DNA of 64,000 nt from Eledone cirrhosa. Taxonomy: Eukaryota. Below the pieces are notes generated by a model. That model was not told where the DNA came from, did not search any database, and was given only the letters and a program-made list of their open reading frames with translations. The stretch is from contig OZ024742.1 of assembly GCA_964016885.1 (NCBI GenBank), positions 365,986,001-366,050,000 of the forward strand, written 5' to 3'. Both the position numbers and the translations under genes were made by a program. Shown one piece after another: positions 14,386 through 25,440 of this stretch (the first letter of the stretch is position 1; each line of letters starts with the position of its first letter).

Positions 14386-15444
14386 TAACGGAAAGAAAGA
14401 TAGGAGTGGAAAGAGAGAAATATAGAGACAGAGAGGTAGACAGATAGAAAGGCGGACAGGCAAACTGAAAGCGACACAGAGTAGAGTATCAAGCATGTAA
14501 ATTTACACGATAAAATGCCTGCCCTTCCTATCAGAAGGATTCACACTGGGAATCTCTGAAAACGCCCATCAATCATTTTAAAGTTTCGTTCCGTTTTCGT
14601 TTTTTATTAACTCTGTTACTAGGTTTGGTTTATTTCATTTTTGATATTTCGTTTATCTCAGATTTTTGTACTCGTTACTTTTTAATTTATACTTGTGTAT
14701 CCCCCCCCCACCCCACCCCACACACACACACCTTGACAGTCTTCTTTCTAATTACAGTTTATAGTTATCACAGATATACCTCTCAAATTCCAGGTTCTTT
14801 TATCTCAGCTATTTCACCGATTCCCAGTTATATTCGACAGATACTTCCTTCTATAGACGTTTCTTATTGTTGTTTTCATATAAGATAGTGACGATTGCGT
14901 TGATATATTGCCCTAATGTTTTCAAACATCTCTACTTGGTAAACACCAAAATAAACGCTAAAACTATTATAAAACAGAGATAGAGGAAGCCAATATTTTT
15001 TCATAAAACTGAATTAGATTTGTGTGGCTTTTTTTGTTTGTTTGTATTATTACTTTTTTTCGTGTTTTGTTATTTTCAGGGGCAAAGAAAGAAAATTTAC
15101 AAAACTGACAAAACTACGTTAAAATAATCTGGAATTATTGAATGAATGAAAATCAAATGTGACTCATTTTTACAAACGTGCATTGACACAAGCAGATGGT
15201 GGGTCTTCCGTCGGTTTTGACGAATAGCATTCAGTTGTTCGATCAACTAAACATCTGATTCAGTGAGACCACATTATGTAACAAGGCTGGATTTTAAAAT
15301 TACAGGTACATCTATCCGAAGGGCTCCCACACAGTTTCCGCCAACCCAATTGACTGACACACTAATATAAAAGGCGACAACTTTTACAGACTCATAAGAA
15401 CCTCGTGGTGAATGTTTTGTGGTAGTCGCTGTGGCTCACTCCAA

Positions 15445-15665
15445 AAACCAATTCAGTCTCGCGTTTCATACTTTCGAGGTTGATCAAAATAAAAGTACCA
15501 GTCTAGTACTGGGATCGAGTCTTCTTCTATGTTTCTTTCTTACTTCCTATGTCTCCTTCTTTGGAAGAATTCGGCTATGTTCAGACCAGGAGAGGGTCTG
15601 AGCTCCATCAGGTTTAAAATACCTGTGACATGCTATATTTCGACGGCACCCATACTTACACTAAT
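15445..15665 (+). mobile_element. SINE-like copy with unexpanded CT-rich internal segment
   Basis: TTTCATACTTTCGAGGTTGATCAAAATAAAAGTACCAGT core shared with other SINE copies, then a CT-rich stretch and CCTTCTTTGGAAGAATTCGG. Confidence 0.6.
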
Positions 15666-15865
15666 ATCAAGAGGAGATATCGAAAATGAGTTAATTTTCT
15701 AATTCACCTCAAAACCTTACAGATATGAGCATGCCATCTATAAATCTGTTTCCATATGAAATAAGGTTCAGGAAATTAGTGGAGTAAATTGTATTTGGTA
15801 TGGACATGTCACCCCCGATGGATTGTGGGGGCATTTTGTTACTTCTGATCAAGCCCGTCTTTACC

Positions 15866-15916
15866 TTCTCTATATGTGAGCACAACTGATTGGTTCTAGA
15901 GAAGGGCAGAGAGTGA

Positions 15917-15996
<80 letters not shown>

Positions 15997-16725
15997 GAAA
16001 GAGAGAGTGATAGAGAGGGCGAAAGAGAGAGTGATAGAGAGGCAGAAAGAGAGAGTGATAGAGATAAAGAAAGAGAGAGTGATAGAGAGGAAGAAAGAGA
16101 GAGTGATAGAGAGGGCGAAAGAGAGAGTGATAGAGAGGCAGAAAGAGAGAGTGATAGAGAGGAAGAAAGAGAGAGTGATAGAGAGGGCGAAAGAGAGAGT
16201 GATAGAGAGGCAGAAAGAGAGAGTGATAGAGAGGAAGAAAGAGAGAGTGATAGAGAGGAAGAAAGAGAGAGTGAGAGAGAGGGTGATAGAGAGGAAGAAA
16301 GAGAGAGTGATAGATAGGGAGAAAGAGAGAGTGATAGAGAGGGCGAAAGAGAGAGTGATAGAGAGGGAGAAAAAGAGAGTGATAGAGATAAAGAAAGAGA
16401 GAGTGATAGAGAGGAAGAAAGAGAGAGAGTGATAAAGAGGAAGAAAGAGAGAGAGTGATAGAGAAGGTGATAGAGAGGAAGAAGGAGAGAGTGATAGAGA
16501 GGGCGAAAGAGAGAGTGATAGAGAGGGAGAAAGAGAGAGTGATAGAGAGGAAGTGAGAAAAAGATGAAATCGATCTAATGTTACAATGGTATGTTTTTAT
16601 CAACCTCAATTCGATGAAACCAAAGTTGATTTGGGCAGGTTTTCGACTCGGAATCAGAGAATCGGAACGAATACTGCCAAACATTCTAACGACTCTCAAT
16701 TGGCCGCCTTAACAGAGGAGAGGTT
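15866..16725 (-). mobile_element. SINE-like copy whose CT-rich segment has expanded into (TA)n, (GA)n and a 24-bp minisatellite
   Basis: Minus-strand flanks match the 15445 and 42190 copies (…GGTTGATAAAAACATACC…ATCGATTTC…CTCACTTCC [array] CCCTTCTCTAGAACCAATCAG). Confidence 0.55.
15993..16550. repeat. 24-bp purine-rich minisatellite (GAGAGAGTGATAGAGAGGAAGAAA) preceded by (TA)n(GA)n at 15918-15992
   Basis: Direct; 8-aa ORF periodicity. Confidence 0.9.
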
Positions 16726-17204
16726 CAGGTGTAATACATCCATCAAAAGCAGTAATTTAAAATTCTACCGAACTTTCGTTACAATCTAATTAATAATTTT
16801 CTCAACTTTGATTTGGGTGTGTTATTGAACCTCCATCGATTTTGACACTGTCAGAAGTACCTGTCCCCTTAATGTAGTTTTAAGGAGATTTAACGTGACA
16901 TAGGCTGAGATCTACTTGTTCGAACAACAGGACAGCTTGCTGGTGAAATTAGCATGCAAGTGGTTGAGTATTTCTCTGACCCATGCACCCTTAACTTTAT
17001 TCTCAGAGAGATTAGGTGTGAGGCATTATATGACAAGGTCGCTCTCTTGAATTATAGGTACAACTCATTGTTATCGCAACATCAGTTAAGGTGTTTCGCT
17101 CAGAGGCCCCATCGAAAATCGTACTCAGAATCTTACAACCATAAGTTGAACACCCTAACCTGTAAGCCACACAATTTCGCAATATGTTTATAAAGCAGCT
17201 TTAC

Positions 17205-17325
17205 AGTCTGAGTTCAAATCCCGCTGAGGTTAACTTTGCCTTTCATCCTTACGGGGTCGATAAAATAAAGTACCAGTAATACACTTGGATTATTGCTGGC
17301 CTTGTACCAAAAGTAGAAACAATAT
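17205..17325 (+). mobile_element. tRNA-derived SINE copy (B-box plus conserved core)
   Basis: GAGTTCAAATCC B-box then TTTGCCTTTCATCCTTACGGGGTCGATAAAATAAAGTACCAGT; many copies in the window. Confidence 0.75.
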
Positions 17326-17411
17326 GTTTCTAAAGCAGCTAAACATGGTTCCATATGTAGCAACGTTAGATCTGATATTTAGCTACCAGACAAGAATACA
17401 TGACTTAAAAT

Positions 17412-17600
17412 TAATTGTTTCTACTTTAGGCACAAGGCCAGCAATTACCCAGTGCATTACTGGTACTTTATTTGATCGACCCCGTAAGGATGAAAGACAA
17501 AGTCAACCTCGGCGGGATTTGAACTCAGATCATAAAGGGACGTAACTATGCTGGAAAGCATGGCGTCCGACCCTCTACCGATACTGCCAATCCACCGCCC
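17412..17600 (-). mobile_element. tRNA-derived SINE copy, inverted relative to the 17205 copy
   Basis: Reverse complement closely matches 50590-50752. Confidence 0.75.
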
Positions 17601-17913
17601 TGACTTAAAATTAAAGGCATCTACCCAACAACAACAACAACAACAGCAGTAATAAAGCAAGAGATATTTCTCCTGAAAGTTCTACATAAATATGTTTGAA
17701 GTAGAAATTACCAATTGTAAGATATGGTCAAATAGGGAGAGAGAGCGTGAGGTATATGGCAGAGAGAGAGGGAGAGAGAGAGAGAAGGGGAGATGGAGTG
17801 AGATAGAGAGAAAGAGTGGGAGTGGGAGACATGGACAGAGAATCAGAGAGCTACAAATGGAAAAGAGAGAGAAAGAGAGAGAGGAGGATTGGGAGAAATG
17901 GAGAGAGAAAGGG

Positions 17914-17986
<73 letters not shown>

Positions 17987-18121
17987 AAGTGAGAAGGAGG
18001 AAGTGAAAGACATAAAGTGAGAGAGAGGAAGTAAAGGGAAATTATCAATATTAATTTTGAGAAGAAATTATTGTTACCTCTTTCACCAACATATCGTCCT
18101 CCATGTCGTAGACATCGGTAA

Positions 18122-18378
18122 CATCATCACCATCACCACCATCACCACCACCATCACCACCATCACCACCATCATCACCACCATCACCACCACCATCACC
18201 ACCATCACCACCATCATCATCACCACCATCATCCCCATCATCACCACCATCATCATCATCATCACCATCACCATCATCACCATCATCACCATCATCATCA
18301 TCATCATCACCATCATCATCATCACCACCATCACCACCATCATCACCATCACCATCACCATCATCACCATCATCATCA
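18122..18378. repeat. (CAT/CAC)n trinucleotide microsatellite
   Basis: Direct. Confidence 0.95.
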
Positions 18379-18439
18379 TAATAACGTCTACTTCCCCAAG
18401 CAAACAGAAGTATGACGAGAGCAGTAAATCTTAATGACT

Positions 18440-19130
18440 TATATATATACCACTGTAGGGGGAGTGTGGGGTATATATACCACTGTAGGGGGAGTGTGGG
18501 GTATATATACCACTGCAGAGGGAGTGTGGAGTATATATACCGCTGCAGAGGGAGTGTGGAGTATATATACCAGTGCAAAGGGAGTGTAGGGATTATAAAC
18601 CCCTGCAGAGGGAGTGTGGGGAATATATACCACTGCAGAGGGGGTGTAGTGTATATATACCACTGTAGAGTGAGTGTGGGGAATATATACCATTGCAGAG
18701 GGAGTGTAGGGTATACATACCACTGCAGAGGGAGTGTGGGGAATATATACCAGTGTAGAGGGAGTGTACGGTATATATACCACTGTAGAGGGAGTGTGGT
18801 GAATATATACCACTGTAGAGGGAGTGTAGGGTAAAAATACCACTATAGAGGGAATGTGGCGTATATATACATCTGTAGAGGGAGTGTAGGGAATATATAC
18901 CACTGTAGAAGTGTGGGTAATATATACCACTGCAGAGGGAGTGTGGCTAATATATACCACTCTAGAGGGAGTGTAGGGTATATATGCCACTGTAGAGGGA
19001 GTGTACGGTATATATACCATTGCAGAGGGAGTGTGGCTAATACACACCACTGTAGAGGGAGTGTAGGGTATATATGCCACTGTAGGGGATGTGTGGGGAA
19101 TATATGCCACTGTAGGGGGAGTGTAGGTAA
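18440..19130. repeat. Minisatellite, 30-bp unit (GTATATATACCACTGTAGAGGGAGTGTGGG)
   Basis: Direct; 10-aa periodicity YIYHCRGSVG. Confidence 0.92.
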
Positions 19131-19254
19131 TACCGGAAAGTTGTAGGTGGTGTTCATATTAATGAAATATAATTGACTGCTGTCAACTGTTGGGGAAGAT
19201 TGTGATGTCGATGATAGGATTGGTTATATAAGAGTGGATTACATGTGTTGTGAG

Positions 19255-19364
19255 ATGGGAGAGAGGGAGAGAGAGGGAGAGAGAAGGGTGACAGAGAGAG
19301 AAGGGTGACAGAGAGAGAAGGGGAGAGAGAGTGGGTGAGAGAGGAAGCTGGGCGAGAGAGAGAG

Positions 19365-19455
<91 letters not shown>

Positions 19456-19785
19456 CTGGGCGAGAGAGAGAGGGGGTGAGAGAGAGGGGGATAGGGGCTG
19501 GTGAGAGAGAGGGAGAGAGAAGGGTGAGAGAGTGGGAGAGGGAGCTGGATGAGAGAGAGGGTGAGTGAGAGAGATTAGAGTGTAGGAGAGAGAAGGAGCT
19601 GGGTGAGCGAGAGGGGTGAGAGAGAGAGAGGTGAGAGAGAGAGGGGTGAGATAGAAAGGGGTGAGAGAGAGAGAGGTGAGAGAGAGGGTGAGGGAGAGAG
19701 GGGTGAGAGAGAGAGGTGAAAGAGTGGGAGAGAGAAAGAGCTGGGTGAGCGAGAGGGGGTGAGAGAGAGAGGGGGTGAGAGAGAG
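19255..19785. repeat. GA-rich low-complexity tract with (GA)n core
   Basis: Direct. Confidence 0.9.
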
Positions 19786-20145
19786 TCAAATGATTGTTTA
19801 ATAGCGAATGTATAATAGAATTTCCAAGAGTTTGAATCAATAGGCGAGGATTACCTTATATGACATCATTGTATGATATAAGGGTGGGGATAACTCCTTA
19901 TGATCCAATATAACAAGGTAACAATATGAGGTAAATTACTGTAGACAACAAAGAGAACCGACTGAGACGTTAAGAATGTTGGACAGAATGGCTGGGGGAG
20001 AGGTCTTTATTCCGGTTCTCTTCGCTATCAATTTAAATCCTTGCAAGGTCAAATTTGACTTTTATCCCATAGCACTTAAATACAGCCCAATACTAGGGTC
20101 GATTCTCTGCATGTATGTATGCATGTGTATGTATATATATATATA

Positions 20146-20183
<38 letters not shown>

Positions 20184-20187
<4 letters not shown>

Positions 20188-21391
20188 AAAGTTTTATTTA
20201 AGATTGTTGGGTTACAACGAGTAAATATTTTATAACTGATATAAAAGCACTCAACAGTTTCTGGAGTAGGTTTACGATATTAAACAAATGGAAACTATAT
20301 TTATAAAACCATATTTATTTCGTTATATATATTTCTGGGATATCATATTAAAAATATGTTATGCCTTCCTCAGACAAAATACAATACATAAGCTGTTTTA
20401 TAAATAATTAGTGACATACCTTGTAATAATGCAACTTCCTTTTAAAAAGTTGATTTGGTAGTGAAACTGTTATGATAGTTATATAGAAAGAAAACGAAGA
20501 TGAGAAGAAGAAGATGAAGAGATGTATGTAAATAAAAAAAGAAGAAGATGAAGAGATGTATGTAAAGAAAAAAGAGATGTATGTAAAGAAAAACAACGGA
20601 GCGAGATAGAGAGACAAGGAGAGAGAGAAATACATTGATGGTGAAAAACATAGTAGGCTGCTTTTTGACAGATGATCATCGTATATGTGAGAGGTTAAGG
20701 GAAGGGATACAGTTAAATTAGTGTAAGGAGAAAAAGAAAGAAAGATGATATATTTAAAATATATTAAAAATATATTATGTCTCATCCATTTGAATTATCA
20801 ATTTTTATGAATTAGGTATTATAATGTACATTATAATGTACATTATAATACCTAATTCATAAAAATTGATAATTCAAATGGATGAGACATAATATATTTT
20901 TAATATATTTTAAATATATCATCTTTCTTTCTTTTTCTCCTTACACTAGTTTAACTGTATCCCTTCCCTTAACCTCTCACATATACGATGATCATCTGTC
21001 AAAAAGCAGCCTACTATGTTTTTCACCATCAATGTATTTCTCTCTCTCCTTGTCTCTCTATCTCGCTCCGTTGTTTTTCTTTACATACATCTCTTTTTTC
21101 TTTACATACATCTCTTCATCTTCTTCTTTTTTTATTTACATACATCTCTTCATCTTCTTCTTCTCATCTTCGTTTTCTTTCTATATAACTATCATAACAG
21201 TTTCACTACCAAATCAACTTTTTAAAAGGAAGTTGCATTATTACAAGGTATGTCACTAATTATTTATAAAACAGCTTATGTATTGTATTTTGTCTGAGGA
21301 AGGCATAACATATTTTTAATATGATATTCCAGAAATATATATAACGAAATAAATATGGTTTTATAAATATAGTTTCCATTTGTTTAATATC

Positions 21392-21394
<3 letters not shown>
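20184..21394. mobile_element. Fold-back element in (TA)n: 1122-bp spacer-less palindrome (20273-21394) plus one-sided ~90-bp tail
   Basis: Mirror ORFs 20408-20785(-) and 20882-21259(+); centre TTA|TAA at 20833/20834; only about 2 mismatches seen; hammerhead near each outer end. Confidence 0.8.
21286..21351 (+). ncRNA. Type I hammerhead ribozyme motif (mirror 20316-20381 on the minus strand)
   Basis: TATTTTGT-CTGAGGA-A GG..ATAACATATT ttt AATATGATAT..CC A-GAAA-TATATA-TA-ACGAAATA; 8-bp stem I, long stem II, palindromic stem III, AATAAA overlapping its 3' end. Confidence 0.75.
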
Positions 21395-21436
<42 letters not shown>

Positions 21437-21442
<6 letters not shown>

Positions 21443-22451
21443 TTAGAAACACACAGATACATGCGGACACACACATATACATGAATGCATCCACATCCAA
21501 CCGTGAGTTAATGGTGCCAACCTCACCGATGTTGCTCAATGAATGACTGGGACAGACCAATCCGGTTGAACCAGACTGAACCAGTATCAGAGTTAAAAAT
21601 ACATTATGAAGAGAGAAGGAACATTTAGATATAATTAGTAATAAAATGTATCATACCTAAACTGCTCCTAGATTCCTCGACTACGTAGTTTCGTGGCATA
21701 AACAAAAACAGTACATCATAAAGATATAAAGCCTTTGCGAGGTCTGCCGACTTATCAAGAGGATACCTCATTTTATAGCTTCAAGAACGCCTCTACACGA
21801 CGTGAGAAAGAATCCCAAAAGGCGGAGGGGAGATAGTCACGCGATATAACGATCGAGAAACAGAGCTAAGCCTCTTATAACCCCGAAGAAAATACCACGG
21901 AGGCGGAGGGGGTATTTATATCGAAGCCGTAGAAGAGGTGGTAAAGGAGGCGAGAAGTATGAGTAATGGCAGCTTACCAGCAGTCACTACACTTCAAAGA
22001 TTACTCGACCAGAGGGAGTTATGAACAATATATTTAGAAACACTACTTTGAAGTGTAGTGACTGCTGGAAAGCTGCCATTACTCATACTTCTCGCCTCCT
22101 TTACCACCTCTTCTACGGCTTCGATATAAATACCCCCTCCGCCTCCGTGGTATTTTCTTCGGGGTTATAAGAGGCTTAGCTCTGTTTCTCGACCGTTATA
22201 TCGCGTGACTATCTCCCCCTCCGCCTTTTGGGATTCTTTCTCACGTCGTGTAGAGGCGTTCTTGAAGCTATAAAATGAGGTATCCTCTTGATAAGTCGGC
22301 AGACTTCGCAAAGGCTCTATATCTTTATGATGTACTGTTTTTGTTTATGCCACGAAACTACGTAGTCGAGGAATCTAGGAGCAGTTTAGGTATGATACAT
22401 TTTATTACTAATTATATCTAAATGTTCCTTCTCTCTTCATAATGTATTTTT
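21437..22451. mobile_element. Fold-back element in (TA)n: 405-bp arms (21595-21999 / 22046-22451), 46-bp spacer, one-sided tail
   Basis: Near-perfect reverse-complement arms; TA tracts on both sides. Confidence 0.8.
22283..22372 (+). ncRNA. Type I hammerhead ribozyme, U3-A8 core variant with long loop II (mirror 21674-21763 on the minus strand)
   Basis: TCCTC-TTGATAA-GTCGGCA…TGCCAC-GAAA-CTACGTAG-TC-GAGGA; palindromic stem III ACTACGTAGT; GUC site. Confidence 0.8.
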
Positions 22452-22466
22452 TATATATATATATAT

Positions 22467-22532
22467 AAAAGGCTTCTACAGGACTAGAACTGTTTCATTC
22501 GGGCGAAATCATCAAGAAGCCCGGGATAAACT
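22467..22532 (-). ncRNA. Solo 66-bp insert between TA tracts consisting almost only of a hammerhead motif (same family as 10401)
   Basis: Minus strand GGGCTTC-TTGATGA-T TTC GCCC GAA T-GAAA-CAG TTCTAGTC CTG-TA-GAAGCC; stems conserved and loop II changed relative to the 10401 copy. Confidence 0.7.
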
Positions 22533-22560
22533 TATATATATATATATACACACATACGCT

Positions 22561-23048
22561 AAGAACATGAAGGCCCACATCACCAGCAGCCCTAGGAGCA
22601 ACACCCCAGCAGGGTGCTCTTGCCGTAAGCCTGAAGCTTGCTCCCTTCAACAGCAATGCAACACACCAGCTGTAATTTATGAAGCCGATCAAATCAACCA
22701 CAGGAGGTCAAATCCTATGTGAGCATGGCGGAGCGCCGATTTAAGGAACGTTTCCTGAACCATCAGTCGACCTTTAGGTACCCGGACAGACGTTCATCCA
22801 CGAAACTCGCGAGCCACGTATGGTCCCGCAAGGACTCAAGTATAGACTACTCCATTCAATGGAGAGCCATCACTAAGTCCAAGCCATACGCAAGGGGAAA
22901 TCCGACGTGTGGCTTATGTATTGACGAACGAATAACCATTCTAAAGAGATTATGCAATAGTGATTGCCTAAACACGAGACATGAATTTTTCACACGTTGT
23001 CCACACATCTCCAAACACCTCTTGCATAACTACAAAGCTCCGGATTGA
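22561..23048 (+). pseudogene. Frameshifted PLE GIY-YIG endonuclease domain
   Basis: Frame 1: KNMKAHIT…GCSCRKPEACSLQQQCNTPAVIYEA (CxCx5Cx5C, 'VIY'). After a frameshift near 22690: KSYVSMAERRFKERFLNHQSTFR…LASHVW…IQW…CGLCIDERITI…LNTRHEFFTRCPH. Confidence 0.85.
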
Positions 23049-23202
23049 ATCATTGTAATTTTCTTATCAACTAAAAACTTTTCGGACTTTCACAGTTATC
23101 TCCCTTACATCTCTCGCACGCATTCTAGTATTGCCTGTGAAGTGACCGGGTTTCTGCGCATGCGCGTTCGTAGTGTTGTCCTTCCTGTTCCTATAACCAT
23201 GC

Positions 23203-23252
23203 CCATTACGAGCTGAGGATCCGCTAAGGTGAAACAATTGTTCTCAGTATGG
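23203..23252 (+). ncRNA. Minimal type I hammerhead in the PLE 3' terminal repeat
   Basis: CCATTACGAG-CTGAGGA-T CC GCTAA GG T-GAAA-CAATTG-TT-CTCAGTATGG; bulged stem I, palindromic stem III. Confidence 0.7.
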
Positions 23253-23341
23253 TGAACTAACTGTTGTGTAACCACTTCTACCTAACTCGTCCCATGGACT
23301 GAGTGCTCTACCACTACGGATATTACCTTCCAGTGTTCCAC

Positions 23342-23429
<88 letters not shown>

Positions 23430-23432
<3 letters not shown>

Positions 23433-23585
23433 ATAAGAAACGGAGAATCAGTTGTGCGACGAATTAGAATTTATTAGACATATTACAATCATTTCTCTGG
23501 CGACCAGCTCGAGGTACGATCGATGTGATGATCGAACCGGACTCTGAAATCGCAAGTTTTTCAGATACGTCTTTATCCCTCCAAA
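23430..23585 (-). mobile_element. Short insert between TA tracts carrying a decayed hammerhead (23476-23572) with extended stem II, followed by AATAAA
   Basis: Minus strand AGACGTAT-CTGAAAA-ACTTGCGAT…GGTTCGATC…GATCGTACC…GTCGCCAGA-GAAA-TGATTG-TA-ATATGTCT-AATAAA; 8-bp stem I pairs fully. Confidence 0.65.
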
Positions 23586-23728
23586 TATATATATATATAT
23601 ATACCCACACGAAATCTTTCTCTCTCTCTATTTAACGCATCACTGCCTTCCTTTTGGTTGGTATATTAAGGCATTGAGTGACTGGGAAAACTATCGAAGG
23701 TATTTCCGTCCTATCCAATGACTTCGCT

Positions 23729-23730
<2 letters not shown>

Positions 23731-23783
<53 letters not shown>
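23731..23783. repeat. (TTA)n microsatellite
   Basis: Direct. Confidence 0.95.
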
Positions 23784-23788
<5 letters not shown>

Positions 23789-24154
23789 CAAATTAGTATT
23801 TGTGCTCCAACATACCGTTATACACAGGACTTTTATGAAAAATATTTGACAACGTTCCACTATGAATATTTCTAATGTTGTGGCCACAGTCACACATCCT
23901 TAGTATCAGCAAAAATCAGGGGAAGCACCTGACAGCGAGAGAGAGAGAGATATTGGTTGTCTTCAGACATGGAAAGGGATAAGTGAGGTTTAAATGCCTA
24001 AGACACTCCGACTGAAACACGAGTTAAAGGACCCCACGTACATCACATACCATTGCACTAAGCTATGATGTGTATGAGAGAAACATAATCCTTCTCTAAT
24101 TCAGGAAGTTAATCAATACCAAAATGAAGTAAATAACATCACTAGAAACATGAA

Positions 24155-24300
24155 AGAGGCGGAGAATTGACAGTGGTTAGTGCACGGGAGAGAATTGTTC
24201 ACGGTATCTTGCTTTGTGTTCTGAGTTCAAATCCCTCCCAAGTCAAATTTAATTTTCATCATATCGAGCTCGACAAATAAAACACAAATCAAGCACTGGC
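24155..24300 (+). mobile_element. Diverged tRNA-derived SINE copy
   Basis: A-box-like GGCGGAGAATTGACAGTGGTTAG and B-box GAGTTCAAATCC plus a degenerate core. Confidence 0.55.
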
Positions 24301-25348
24301 TTATTTAAAGCATTGAGTGACTGGGAAAACGATCGAGTTAATTAGTATTCTATCTTTCTCACTGCCCCCTCCCCCAGCGAGTGAGTGCGTGCTTGTGAGT
24401 GTGCCTGAGTGCATGCCTGAGTGTATGCTTGTTACGTGCGTCTTTGTATGTGTGTATGTGTGTATGTGTATGTGTGTGTTAGTTTGTGTGTGTGTAAATA
24501 CCGATTATATGAACAAGCGGCAGTAAATTATGAAGGAAAACAAACTTAATAAAACCAATGTTGAAATTATAGATCTCATCTCTTTTTCTATTTTTAGTAA
24601 ATGGAATTAATTTTTCTGTGTTTAATAAAGTTGCTTTCGGTTAGAAAAAACATCTTGGCGTCTCACTTTAAATATGTCCACTTTCAAGTATGTTTTTCTG
24701 GCTTTAAATTAAACAAGATGAATGTAGCTGTGTAATTAAACACGGCGTTTCCAGGCTTTCAATTTCATCTAAAAAACTATTCCCAGATGTAACACTGTTT
24801 TGTTTGGTTTTATACATTTTTCTTTATCGTAATCTACTTATTGGGATACAGAAAAAGATTTATTAAGGATGTGGTTAACAGCTGTGGTAAGAAACACTCA
24901 GGAGAGCTGGGCAACAGAAGGTCATCAGAGAAGAGAGCCCCGCCTCAAGCCAGTGTTTCGGCCCTTTTTAAATAAAGAACAGAGAGAAAACCTTCAGTAA
25001 AGAATAAATATGATTCCTGGATGCTGGGAGATGTTACAACAGTGTCATGGTATGGCGGTAGTTGTGGCGTTGATAACAAAAGGAAACATTGAGTTTCAGT
25101 GTAGACCATTAACTCGGGACCTGGTAATATCAATATTGTTAGACACCGCTGGGGCGAGAGATGGGGTCAGTAAACGCCAACATCGTTGAAACCTACATTT
25201 GATAGCTGATGGAGGGAACGTGGTGGTTTTTGAATTATTTAAATGTTGAGGGCATTAATAATATTATGGCAATTTATCTGAAATTCCCTTTTTTATGAAT
25301 CCCTACCCTAGCAGGTAGAGATTCATAAAAAAGGGAATTTCAGAACTC

Positions 25349-25440
25349 TCTGAGTTCAAACCCTACCAAGATCAACTTTGCCTTGCATACATTCGAAGTC
25401 GATAAAAAAAAGTACCAGTCAAGTACTGGGGTCGATTATT
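25349..25440 (+). mobile_element. SINE core forming the left flank of the 11-kb array
   Basis: GAGTTCAAACCC…ACTTTGCCTTGCATACATTCGAAGTCGATAAAAAAAAGTACCAGTCAAGTACTGGGGTCGAT. Confidence 0.65.

Larger units (their letters stand above)
22552..23344 (+). mobile_element. 5'-truncated Penelope-like retroelement (C-terminal GIY-YIG type) inserted in (TA)n
   Basis: Cys linker, GIY-YIG remnant, 3' UTR with hammerhead; bounded by TA tracts. Confidence 0.85.

Noticed and set aside
17205-17600. Inverted repeat that might be another ribozyme fold-back
   Set aside because: Two oppositely oriented SINE copies; no TA flanks and no hammerhead core
20408-21259. Duplicated 125-aa ORFs on opposite strands
   Set aside because: Mirror images created by the palindrome; low-complexity F/S/I sequence
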